Below are positions 25,401 to 36,550 of a DNA stretch of 64,000 nt, piece after piece. Below the pieces are notes generated by a model. That model was not told the origin of the DNA. It saw nothing but the letters and a program-made list of their open reading frames with translations, and did not search any database. Source of the DNA: Felis catus. Its lineage: Eukaryota. Made by a program: the position numbers and the translations under genes. Every line of letters begins with the position of its first letter. Position 1 is the stretch's first letter. The stretch covers positions 101,432,001-101,496,000 of the forward strand of contig NC_058377.1 in NCBI RefSeq assembly GCF_018350175.1, given 5' to 3'.

Positions 25401-26089
25401 TGCTTTGAGATCCTACTTTCTCCTTTGAGGCCCAAAGCTCTGCCTAACATCTATGTCCATCTTGGTACTGAGTACTGAGATCTTTAGTAGTGATAATGAA
25501 ATCAGCCATCACCTTTAATACCATAGAAGAAGGAAAATATGAGTCTATGAGTTTTGTATTCTTTGTATAGTAAAGATGAGAGGACTCTCATCAGAAGACG
25601 TCAGTGTCTATAGACACTGAGTTTATTTAAGTCATCTAATGGGAGCAAAGGGAAGGAAGGCAGAGTCAGTGAGAGAGATGAGAAGCAGAAAGAATATACA
25701 AGGCAGAAGAGTAACATAACCAAGGACAGGAAGTAGAAGCATCATTCAGGGGTGAGGACCCTTTAAAGGGCAGACACCAAGGGTTCATACAGGAACCAAT
25801 CTGCCCCATTGAGTTAACTTCATCAACATGGTAAAAATCAAAGATGGGTCTGAGAGCCAGGATCATTCATAAAATTGATGGTTCGTAAAACTGGTGATTA
25901 TACGAGGAGGGTTGAAAGTAGAATAAAGAATATTTGAACATCACCACTGCATTTGTTAGAGAATGAAAGAATCTAGAGATGTTTTCACAAGCCTATATCT
26001 TGCAGTACACTTAGTTCCAGATCAACACAATCCAAGGAATCAAAGTCAATACAATCCAAGAAATCAAAGTGTAGGCTGTCCAAAGACAG

Positions 26090-26240
26090 GAGAGGCAGCT
26101 CCGATTTTCGGATGTCCAAACCGTGGTGTGAATCTTAAAAATAGACACTGCCAGTTATTTTAGTAGCAAAAGGTGGGTTTATTCGGGAAACAAAGAGAAT
26201 TGCAATCTGGGACAAGCAAACTGGCAAAATTTCAGCCAAG
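26090..26240 (-). mobile_element. ERV LTR fragment (R/U5 side) fused to a SINE 3' half (about 26250-26325)
   Basis: Minus-strand AATAAA (gggtttattcggg) in LTR-like context; abrupt switch to SINE CT tract and tail. Confidence 0.5.
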
Positions 26241-26858
26241 TCCAGTCCAGTCTCTGTCCCTTCCCTGCTTGTGCTCTCTGTCTCAAAAATAAATAATAAA
26301 CATTAATTTTTTTTAAAAAAAAGGAGAAAAAATAAAAAGACATAGATACAAAAGTGTTACAATAGTCAGATGGTTGAAAACATCCTGCTGACATTATAAA
26401 TTTGTTACTTGTGTTTTTGTGATTTTTCCATTGGCTATCTTTTGACAAGTTATAGCAGATCCAACATTATGCTGGAAGTTGTAAATTTAACGTAGTCAAG
26501 TTATACAGATTGGAAAGGAAAAAATGAAATTGTGCTATTCACAGATCACATGACAGTTTGCATTGAATCTCCATTCAAAAGGTGCAAAGTAAATGTTAAC
26601 TAGATTCATCGTGGTGATTGCTTGGCAATATATATTAATATTGAATCTTATGTTGTACGTCTGAACTAAATATATATGTATTTTGTATATATAAAGTCAT
26701 AATTATGTTTTATGTATATTCAAAAACAGTTAAGAGTGTATTTGGGAAAGTCAAATGATTACAAGATCAATATACATAATCATTTATACTGTGATGCGAA
26801 ATCCAATTGTCACCAAAGTACATGAATTACAGATAGAGATTACATCAGATGACATTCT

Positions 26859-26890
<32 letters not shown>

Positions 26891-26998
26891 CTATCTACCT
26901 CACATAAGGAGATCACGGAGACTCTGTGAGCAGGGTTAGCGGGGGTTCTTTTTAATTAGGGTTTAGGATGACTATTCAAAAAGGGGAACTTGTCATTG

Positions 26999-27369
26999 TT
27001 TTACAGGACAGTGGTGAGACGCCAGCTTTGACAGGGTCAAAGAACAAATCTCGGGGGCCACAGAAAGTGAGCAAAGCTACAGAGTTTATTGAGAGAAAAG
27101 TATAAAATTCTCAAGAGTGAGCGGGGTCCGACTGGGTTGCCGCAAGGATTTTTGTCCCCGACTTTTTATTGAGACCTTATCAGAAAGTTTGTGAGGCTCC
27201 ATGCATGGCACCTAGCTCAGGTGGGTCTGGAATATCTTTATCCTGTTTGTTTGTTTGTTTGTTTCCCCCAAACCCCTGCTGGCCCTTCAGCCTCCAGCTT
27301 GCAGGTGCACACTGCCTCCCTGTGGGTCCCTTATCTCTCCCTGCCTAATACTAACTCTTTCCCCACTCA
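26999..27369 (-). mobile_element. ERV1-type solo LTR 'B' nested in LTR A
   Basis: 4-bp TSD ATTG (26995-26998, 27370-27373); CA end; minus-strand AATAAA (gagtttattg). Confidence 0.7.
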
Positions 27370-27620
27370 ATTGCATGTGAAAGCAGCCATAAGCTTGCAC
27401 AGGGGTATTTAGAAAACATGCCGAGACACATTGAATGCTGTGTTCGCGATGCTTGTGCTCCTCCTAGGAAAGAGATTTAACATTACGATGAAGCAGAGGC
27501 CAGGGTCTGACCAGGGTTAAGGGGCTACTCGCTGCTCTGAGAGCTGGTATAAACTGGATGGGCTTGTTATTTCAACTAAGAAATGCAGCGTCCTGCTTGT
27601 TCATTGACTGGAACAGAAAC

Positions 27621-28224
27621 TGCTACGGAAACATATAGATGGGGGCACTTGGGTGGCTCGGTTCGTTAAGCGTCGGACATCAGCTCAGGTTGATCTCACA
27701 GTTCCTGAGTTTGAGCCCCACATTAGGCTGTCTGCTGTCAGCACAGAGCCCGCTTTGGATTTTCTGTCCCCCTCTCTCTCTGCCCCTCGCCACTTGCACT
27801 CTCTCTCTCTCTCTAAAATATAAATAAACATTTTTTTTTTATCTTGAAAGAAACATAAAGATGGAAAGATGGACACATTTGGACTTCAGCAAGGCTTTGT
27901 TTTAAACTTTTCCCTTCCTCATTCTTGAAGCTTTGCCCTCCCCGTCACTTGCTTTTTTGTACAATCTTTTGTTCCAGGAACTGGGTATGGATATTGACAC
28001 CTCGCTGGCTTCAATGTATACTTAGTAATAAGACTCAAGTGGCCTGTGTTTTCCTATAAAACCCTTTAGCCTTTAGCCCCCGGTGGGCTTGCAGTCCTGG
28101 AGGCATTAGCCTGCTGCAGCCCCTGTGCCTGGCAAAATAAAAAATTATCTTCCTTCTTTATCTCCAAACTGTCTTCGTGTTACATACTTTGGCTCTGGAG
28201 CACAGAGGGCAGTTTTTGACAACA
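27621..28224 (+). mobile_element. ERV1-type solo LTR 'C' nested in LTR A, containing a SINE (27641-27849)
   Basis: TG...CA termini; TATAAAA about 28055; AATAAA about 28136; near-TSD aaac/gaac; internal SINE TSD gaaacata(t/a)agat. Confidence 0.75.
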
Positions 28225-28274
28225 GAACCAAATCAATTCCCTGAGAAAACAAGCTTTAAATTTTCTGCTAGTTT

Positions 28275-28810
28275 TGGGGCGCCTGGGTGGCTTAGTCGGT
28301 TAAGCGTCCGACTTCAGCTCAGATCATGATCTCACGGTTGATGGGTTCGAACCCGGCGTTGGGCTCTGTGCTGACAGCTCGAGCCTGGAGACTGCTTCAG
28401 ATTGTGTCTCCTCTATTCCTTCCCCACTCGTACTCTGTCTCTCTCTCAAAAATGAAAATTAAAAAAAAAAAAATTAAATTTTCTGCTAGTTTCAACCTCA
28501 TTAACCCTATGGGGCATGGTTTCAGTCCTGCAGAAAAAAACTCAAGAATGTACTTCAGGTAGGGCGCCTGGGTGGCTCAGTGGGTTAAGCATCTGAAATG
28601 GGCTCAGATCATGATCTTACAGTTCATGAGTTCTAGCCTCACAGGTGAACATGAGCTCCACTTCCACATCTGGTGAGTCCTGCTTCTTTCTCTCTCCACC
28701 CCTTAGGGGATTCTCTCTCTCTACCCCTCACTCGTGCGCTCGCGCGTCGCGTCGTGCTTTCTCTCTCTCTCTCTCTCTTTCTCTCTCTGTAAACAGCAAC
28801 AACAACAACA
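28275..28810 (+). mobile_element. Two Can-SINEs in LTR A (28275-28475 and 28562-28810)
   Basis: The first has perfect TSD aaattttctgctagttt. Confidence 0.9.
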
Positions 28811-29372
28811 AAATGCACTTTATGTGGATCTGTACCTTTGAAACAGCACTGGGATTTTACAATGGACTTGCAGTCTCTCATGTGGCCAGGCTATTTCCTG
28901 GCCTGGTAGAGACTATTAGTTTCTGCATTCCCTTTCTTCCCTTAAAATCCTTAACTACTGGGGTTTTTGCATTTCTTTGTTATTCTATCACCTCCTTGGG
29001 TATTCTAACAGAAGTATGCTTGGGTAAGTAGAGCTTGTAGGGCACAGATCATGGACCTAAAATGACTTCTCTTGTGTCAGGAAAGTTTTCTTTTTCTGGG
29101 GACCCCTAACTCTGTTAACACAACCACAACTGAAAAACTTAAAAATAAATAAATAAATATTACCTATAATAACATCAGAAGCATACACTACTTAGAACTG
29201 AATATAATAAAAACTACACATGAGATTTAATCCGAAAATCACAAAACACTGCAAAGGGAATAAAGACTTAAATAATGGAAAGATATATATCACTTGTGGA
29301 TTGGACAATTTGATGTTGTTAAGTTGTCAGTTTTTCCTGAATTGATCAATAGTTTGTTGTTGTTGTTGTTAA

Positions 29373-29580
29373 CATTTTTTAAATTTATTTTTGAGACAGA
29401 GAGAGACAGAGCATGAACAGGGGAGGGTCAGAGAGAGAGGGAGACACAGAATCTGAAACAGGCTCCAGGCTCTGAGCCATCAGCACAGAGCCCGATGCAA
29501 TGCGGGGCTCAAACTCACGGACTGTGAGATCATGACCTGAGCTGAAGTCAGAGGCTCAAACGACAAGGCCCATGTGCCCC
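29373..29580 (-). mobile_element. Feline Can-SINE
   Basis: TSD ttgatcaatagttt at 29342-29355 and 29581-29594. Confidence 0.95.
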
Positions 29581-29843
29581 TTGATCAATAGTTTTAATGC
29601 AAGTCTAGTCAACCTTGCAGCAAGCTTATCTTTTTGAAAATTGATTCCAAAATATGTAGAGAGATAACTATAAAAAAATAGTTAGATGAACCGAAGCTAT
29701 TTTGAGAGTGAAGAAAAATTATCGAATGATCTAGCCTAACCAATCTTAAGACTTAATAAAAACTTACTGTACTGACAACAATGTGTAGATCTAAAGATAA
29801 CAAACAGATTAATTGTTCAGAACAAAGGATCCAGAACTGTATC

Positions 29844-30326
29844 TGGTGAGAGAACGTAAGGCAGGCTGAGGGCAAAATACAAGCTACACCACTCCCACCA
29901 GGAATAGGTTTGCTGCTGACTGACGAAGGAAAGGACAAAAAACAACTGATTAAACCCATAAGAGTCTCTCCTGGTTTACAAGAAAAAAGCAATCCCATCA
30001 ATGGTCTAAAGTCCAGGAACTCCCTTCTGTCTTAATGTTAATGCTCTGCTAGAGGGAAAAACAACCTTGGCTTGACAATAGCTAAGCGTTCGGTAATCTT
30101 TGAGTCTCTAGCATATGAAAGTCTCTTTGGAAATTCCTCTTGACTTTATCTCCCAGGACTCCATAAAACAGTCAACCCCCACGCATGCTGTGCAGCTCTT
30201 CCTGCCCAAGGGTCCTGTCCCTTGCTTTGATAAAATCTTTTTGCACCAAAGATGTCAGTTAAGAATTCTTTCTTGGCCATTGGCTCCAGACTCCACGAAC
30301 CCCACCATCACCCCAAAATTTCATCA
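29844..30326 (+). mobile_element. Carnivore ERV1-type solo LTR 'D' (483 bp)
   Basis: TG...CA termini with imperfect inverted repeat (tggtgaga/tttcatca); 4-bp TSD TATC (29840-29843, 30327-30330); decayed TATA (cataaaa) and polyA (gataaa). Confidence 0.85.
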
Positions 30327-31771
30327 TATCCACTCATATATAGTCGGTGGGTTTTTGAACAAAGGTATGAAGGTGTTTCAGTGGAAAATGCCACTGGAAA
30401 AATTAATCTGTAGAAAAATTTAACTTCAATTCCTATATCACATTATACTCCAATACTCCAATATTAATTTGTTACGGATCATAGAACCAAATGTAAACAC
30501 CAAATCTACAAGTTCCCAGGAACAAAAATAAAAGAATGTCTTCATGATCTTAAAGGTTACCAAAGTTTTCTTAGGAAGGACAGAAAAATCACTAATTGTG
30601 AAACAAATATATAAATTTTATGCCATCCAATTTCAAAGTATGCACTCTTCAAAAATAATGTTAAGATAATGAAAAGGTAAGCCACAAGCTAGAAAAAAAT
30701 ATTCGTATGAAATATTTTTGACAAGGACTTGTATTTAGAACATAAAAATATCCTCCACAACTCACTGATCAAAATAAACAACAAAATGTAGCAAGCACAC
30801 TTCATAAATGAAGACACGTGAATAGTCAAAAATCACGAGAAAATAATTTCAGTTACCTATCATCTTCAAATAAATGCAGATTATAACTGCAACTGGATAG
30901 TTGCCACCTCCAGGGCAAGAACTAAAACGATTGAGTGTGACAAAAGGAAGCAACTAGAACTCTCATGATATGCCACTTGATGGAATGCAAAATAATTTCA
31001 CTACGTTAGAAAACTGGTTATTTCTCATAAAATTCACTGAGGAACTTATACCTTGTTACAAAACTGACCCAGCAATTCTACTCTGAAGTATTTATCCAAG
31101 AGAAAAGAAGACACATACCCTCAAAGAAACTCAAGTGTATACTGGCAGATGCATAGATAAACAAAGGGTCGTATGTCCATACGATGGAATGCTGCACAGA
31201 AATAAAAATGAACACACTGCGCGTACATTGTAAATGAATCTCAAAAATACAGAGAGAGGGATCAACTGCCTGAAAGATAGAGCAATGAACTACCCAACCC
31301 TGCTCCTCTGCAAAAGAAACAAGAATACTGGCAAAAGACATCCAAATCAACGTTGATAGAACTCTGGGACTTAACCAAAGGCTTGCAGCAATCCCGGGAG
31401 TGTTTGTTCCAGAAAAACGGCAGGGGATCTTGATGGGAAGGATGAGCTCCCCAGTTGTACAGTAGCCCTGAAAACCGGAATTGCAACTTTCTGGCTGCAC
31501 TCATTGGTCAGCCTGCCTTGAACCTTCACTGCAAATTTCTACATTTCCTGGGGAATAAATTTACCTTCAAAAATATGACTGAGCAATCAACTTGGCTTTC
31601 AAATCAAGCAGATCAAATTATCCATGTTTAATACCGGAGTATGATGTTATGAGATCCAGCTTATACTATAGATTATAAACATGCGGAGCAAAAAGCTTTA
31701 GTACTGAAAGCTAAGATTTTCCTCAAACCCATTCTCTACTAGAAATTTGTTTAACAATTACATCAATGAAC

Positions 31772-32035
31772 CCAGGAGCTCCTGGGTGGCTGATGTGGTT
31801 ACGAATCCCACTCTTGGTTTCAGCTTAGGTCATGATCTCACCGTTCCAGGTTCAAGCCCAGCATTGGGCTCTGAGTTGGCAGTGCTCTGAGTTGGCTCTG
31901 AAGTTATACTGGGTTTTATGTCTCTGAACAGGGAGTTGCTTGGGATTCCCTCTTTCTCCTTCTCTCTCTGCCCCTTTTCCTGCTCTCTCTATCACTTTCG
32001 CTCTCTTTCTCAAAATAAATAAATAAACTTACAAA
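31772..32035 (+). mobile_element. Older Can-SINE with an internal templated insertion
   Basis: SINE head and tail; non-SINE block at about 31885-31938. Confidence 0.85.
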
Positions 32036-32178
32036 AGAAAAGATGGAGCCCATTAAACTATCTGATTTATCTCTTAGCTCTTCTCTTGTCTTTGTTTCTA
32101 TGGTCACTGAAGCCTGGGAAGAACAAGGAGAGGAAAAAAAAGAGAGAGAGAAGGAGGAGAAAGAGAAAGAAGAAGAGG

Positions 32179-32728
32179 TGAAAGACCCCTGCTTAGCTTA
32201 ATAACACACCCCCACCCTATCTTCAGTTCCGTAACGCCTCACTTGCAGGGCTTGCACTTCCACCAGTTGACAAACAGGATATCTGCAGTTAGACATCCGT
32301 ACCCTGGGAGAGCTGTACCCCCACCTTTCCCTACGCAAGACAGGAACAGGTTGTCACATAAATAACGATGACCGCTTTCATCTCGCTTCTGTAAACCTGC
32401 TTACGCTCCCAAACCGGAGGTCCCCTGCCGCTTCGCACCCGGGCTCCAAGTTGCATCTGCCGAGAGAAACTCCATTTCCCAAGCTTTCCCAGGACGAAAT
32501 TACCCCCAACCCTAACCACCACCGAGCAGAGAGCCTACCACCAGCCTGTATGCAAATGTAACTCAAAATGGTATAAAAGACCTGTAACCCCGTATATCGG
32601 GGCTCTCCCGCTTTCTAACACTGGGGAGCCCTGGTGCACCAGTAAAGACTCTCTGCCGAAATCGGAGTGCCGTGTGGTTCTTTGCGCCAACTCTCATTCC
32701 ATAGGGCCTAGGAGCTTGGCTCCTAACA
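32179..32728 (+). mobile_element. Young gammaretroviral solo LTR, RD-114/ERV-DC-like (550 bp)
   Basis: TGAAAGACCCC start, GGCTCCTAACA end, perfect TSD GAGG, TATAAAA 32572-32578, AGTAAA 32641-32646, CpGs retained; U3/R/U5 resemble recalled RD-114 LTR. Confidence 0.9.
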
Positions 32729-33364
32729 GAGGAAGATGGGAAGTAGTTAAATAGAGTTCTCAGTAGCGAATAGGAGCTGTCAAGGCAACTATTTATCGGC
32801 TTTCTCTCTGGAATAGGGGCCCAAAGAGTTTTTACCCAGCCGGATAGGACCATTTAATTTTCAAATTCCTATCATCACAAATTGCATATTCTTAGAGGAT
32901 CAGGTACACTGAACCGAACAGGATAATAAAAGACGATGTTGTTTATGTTAGGGCATCTGACAAAAACAGAAGGAAGAAAACACATAAAACCCTCAAATCT
33001 AGGAACTATAGAAAAACAAAAGGAACAAGAGCAGCATCTCACAGGTTTTAGCCTATAAGTCATGCTTCTGTACTGCCTTGTGGCCAGATTTTTTTTCTTG
33101 ATCCTGTACCCCCTAAGGAAGGTCTGCCTGCTATTTTAATCCAAACATTTATTTGTAACTATCACAAACATACCAAGAAGCTTCTGGCTTCTGGTTTTGT
33201 TTTTCAGTATATTAGAGTAAGTAGCCAAAATGTAGTCACTTTAACATTGTTAGTTGGAGGGGGCGCTGATCATTTGAAATGTTTAATTTCAAACAAGATG
33301 ACTTGTTTTAAGAAGAATAAAACATCATCCAATAGATCATCCAACCAGATATAAGAGAATAACT

Positions 33365-33394
33365 TTTCTTTTTTTTTTAAAGTTTTATTTATTT

Positions 33395-33448
<54 letters not shown>

Positions 33449-33617
33449 CATGCATAAGCAGGGGAGGGCAGGGAGAGAAGAAGAGAGAGGACCCCAATCA
33501 GCCTCCATGCTGTCAGGGCAGAGCCCAAAGTGGAGTTCAATTTCACAACCGTGAGATCATGACGTGAGCCGAAACCAAGAGTCAGACACTTAACCGACCG
33601 AGCCACCCAGGTGCCCC
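33365..33617 (-). mobile_element. Can-SINE with long (GA)n tract
   Basis: Reverse-strand body ending gccacccaggtgcccc. Confidence 0.9.
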
Positions 33618-34131
33618 ATTAGTTTTCTTTTTTTGAGGACCTCTCAATCTACGTATGTGACATCATATTTTTATGATGTCATATTTTTATGATTTTTTCC
33701 AGTTCACTGGGGATAAAACGCAGTCTCTAAGCCCTCTTCGAGTCCTCTGGACAAATTCTGGCTCAGCCTACCCCTTATCACCTGTCCTCTGGAAGTTACA
33801 TAAATCACCATTCAATCATGGAGCTGTAGAGTTGGAAAAAAAGAGTCATTCCTTCTGCTATTCAGTCTTTATCTCATTTACTTTTATACTGGGTTTTATG
33901 TCTCTGAACAGGGAGTTGTATTGTGACAGCTGATTAGTTTCAAGCATAAAGGCTCTGTGGAGTTAGTAGGATTCATATAGAGGTTTAACCATATTCCCCA
34001 GGATGTCGAGACATTCGGCCCAACTCTACTATCAAAAACAGCAACAACAAAACTCATGACAGAATGAAGTGGAACCAGGATGAATGGAGGTGGATTTAGT
34101 CATTTCTACGTTCCTTCAGAGTTCTAAAATC

Positions 34132-35082
34132 TCACACTTTGTTGATTCTAAGTACAGAAGAATAGGTTGTTTTAAAAATTTTACCTGAGGAAGCTTTGAC
34201 GTCCTTAGTTCTCAGACTCTAGATGAAAGGATTTAACATGGGAATGATCACTGTATAAAACACAGATACCACTTTGTCTTGGTCCCTTGAGTAGCAGAAG
34301 CTGGAGCGCAGATACATGAACAGAATAGTGCCAAAGAAAATGGTGATCACCATCAAGCGGGAAGCGCAGGTGGAGAAAGCCTTGTGCCTCCCTTCAGCAG
34401 AATGGATCCTCAAGGCGGCAATGAGGATGTACAGATAAGAACTGAGAATAATCATGAGGCAGCTCAGTTCATTACAACTGGCAAAAGCAAAAATGACAAC
34501 TTCATTGACACGTGTATCAGAACAAGAGAGTTTCAGGAGGGGTGGAGTGTCACAGAAAAAGTGGTTGATGACATTCAAGTGGCAGAAAGACAGCTGAAAG
34601 GTGAAGCCTGGGTGAATGGCAGCCTTCAGAAAGCCTGCAAGATACGCGGCCAATACCAGAAGGACATTAAGACGCAGGGACGTGGTGACTGTGTAAAGAA
34701 GAGGCTTGCAGATGACCACGTAACGGTCATAGGCCATCACAGCCAACAGAAAGCCCTCAATTCCAGCAAAGGAACCAAAAAAGAAGAACTGCGTGGCACA
34801 TGCACTAAATGAAATGACTGGGTTCTCCAGCCAGAAATTCATTAGCATATTAGGGGCAATGACAGAAGAATAACAGAAGTCAACAAGGGATAAATTACTG
34901 AAGAAAAAGCACATTGGGGTATGGAGATGTGAGTCACTCTTGATTAATAGGATCATGCCAAGATTTCCAAACACAGTTATCATATAGATGGCTAGAAACA
35001 CCATAAAAAGAAGAAACTGTAGTTCTGGATGATCCCTGAATCCCATGAGAATAAATTCAGCCACTGTTGTATGGTTGCTCAT
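34132..35082 (-). pseudogene. OR5AP-like olfactory receptor pseudogene (position of human OR5AP1P); premature TAG at codon 288
   Basis: Open frame to PMLNPFI, then TAG (34219-34221) replacing Tyr, then in-frame SLRTKDVK...KV and TGA at 34132-34134; eroded motifs PMCFF, YVVIC, TCASRL. Confidence 0.85.
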
Positions 35083-35212
35083 ATCTTTGTCTCAGAATGG
35101 ATGATTGGTTTGCTAAGATAAGAAAGAAACCGAGAAAATAAGTTGCACAAAGAAAAAAAAATACCAGGAAAATAAAATAGTTCATCCTCTGCTATAATTA
35201 AGATTAGTTCTT

Positions 35213-35428
35213 TTTTTTTTTTTAACATTTTTTATTTATTTTTGAGACAGAGAGAGACAGAGCATGAACGGGGGAGGGGCAGAGAGAGAGGGAGACACAG
35301 AATCAGAAACAGGCTCCAGGCTCTGAGCCATCAGCCCAGAGCCCGACGCGGGGCTCGAACTCCCGGACCACGAGATCGTGACCTGGCTGAAGTCGGACGC
35401 TTAACCGACTGCGCCACCCAGGCGCCCC
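35213..35428 (-). mobile_element. Young feline SINEC_Fc, 100 bp upstream of the pseudogene splice acceptor
   Basis: TSD taagattagttctt at 35199-35212 and 35429-35442. Confidence 0.95.
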
Positions 35429-35543
35429 TAAGATTAGTTCTTAAATGCCCAGAAGACCTGTGTATTAAACCTCTTTTTTTGCTTATTGCAGTGAAGAAAA
35501 CTTCCTTAACTAAACTCAGTAACCTATTTTCTTTTTAAAAGTA

Positions 35544-35576
<33 letters not shown>

Positions 35577-35619
35577 GTCTTTGATGATTGACCCTATTTA
35601 TACATATCCTACACTAACT

Positions 35620-36550
35620 TCCAACTTTTCTCTCCTCCCCCCCTTGCCCCTACTGCCTTCACTTCCTACGATCCAATTCCTTTGCGTTGGCCTTGGCAAT
35701 TAAACATACGATACAGTTGAATATCCTTGCTGTGTGCAAGACTGCATTTCCTGTTTTCTCTTAAGCCCATTCTGATTGGGCTTGCACCCTATCACTCCAC
35801 AGAAACACTTCTTGCCAAAGACGTCAGGGATGTTTACATTGTCAACCCCATGGTCAATTCTCATTCCTCATCTTTTTGATCTATCAATAACATTTGAGTG
35901 AGCTGATTTCTTACTACTCCTCAGAAGACTTTTTTCTCTCATCTGCTAGGACACCAGACTCTGAGTTTTCCTCCTACCAAATGGATTGTTCCTTCTCAGT
36001 GTCTGCTTATTCCTCCTCTCCTTTCTTAGTCTTAAGGTTGGAGGAGCTCAGTTTTCAATCTTTCTCTCTTTCCAATTTACACTCTACCAGGGTGATTATT
36101 CAATTTTGCCAACGTAATTACCTTCTATATACTTAAAACTCCTGAATTTGTGTCTCCAGCCCTGACCTCTTTTCCAAACTCCAGACTTGTAGTTCAACTG
36201 CTTGCCTACATCTCCACATTAATATCAAAGAGCAGCTCAACATAACCCAAAGCTGAATTTCTCAGGCCCTTCCCTAAGTTGCTCCAAACATAGCCTTCCT
36301 TATCTCAAATTAATGACAACTCTATACTTTCATTTGCTCAGATGCAATTCAATAAATATTGAAGAAATTGATCTCTTCTCTCTCTCACACGCTATATAAC
36401 CAGTCCATCAGATAATTATGTTGGGTTTACCTTCAAAATATTTGTATTAACTACCTCCTACCACCTCCATTCCTACCAAGACCTCAGCCAACATTATCTT
36501 TCACCTGGATTATCACAACAGTCTTTTAACAGGTCTATCTCTATATTCGG
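35620..36550 (+). mobile_element. L2 LINE fragment
   Basis: Pyrimidine-rich L2 motifs (tctccagccctgacctct...ctccagact; cacctggattat). Confidence 0.75.

Larger units (their letters stand above)
26790..29120 (-). mobile_element. ERV1-type solo LTR 'A', fragmented by two LTRs, SINEs and (CA)n
   Basis: Interrupts L1; LTR-like segments 26790-26998, 27374-27620, 28229-29120; minus-strand start tgttaacagag...gtcattttagg; TSD not clear. Confidence 0.55.
26450..31260 (+). mobile_element. Old L1M ORF2/3' UTR relic hosting nested LTR and SINE insertions
   Basis: L1-like pieces continue colinearly at 26450-26790, 29120-29843 and 30327-31260 (aagatcaatatac; aatggaaagatata; gacccagcaattctactct). Confidence 0.7.

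Noticed and set aside
31560-31730. Minus-strand KAFCSAC and TPVLN fragments resembling OR TM6/TM7
   Set aside because: Spacing is less than half that in real ORs and the intervening sequence does not align.
32729-32800. Proviral internal sequence (PBS/gag) after the young LTR
   Set aside because: The TSD follows immediately and there is no TGG primer-binding site; it is a solo LTR. ORFs overlapping it are incidental.
34384-34812. Antisense ORFs over OR genes (also 5907-6200, 23501-23764, 61181-61501)
   Set aside because: Shadow ORFs expected from OR codon usage; non-ATG starts and no recognisable domains.
35242-35538. Recurrent small ORFs such as MRQRETEHERGRG and MAQSVKHLTLAQVMIS
   Set aside because: Translations of Can-SINE bodies, not a gene family.
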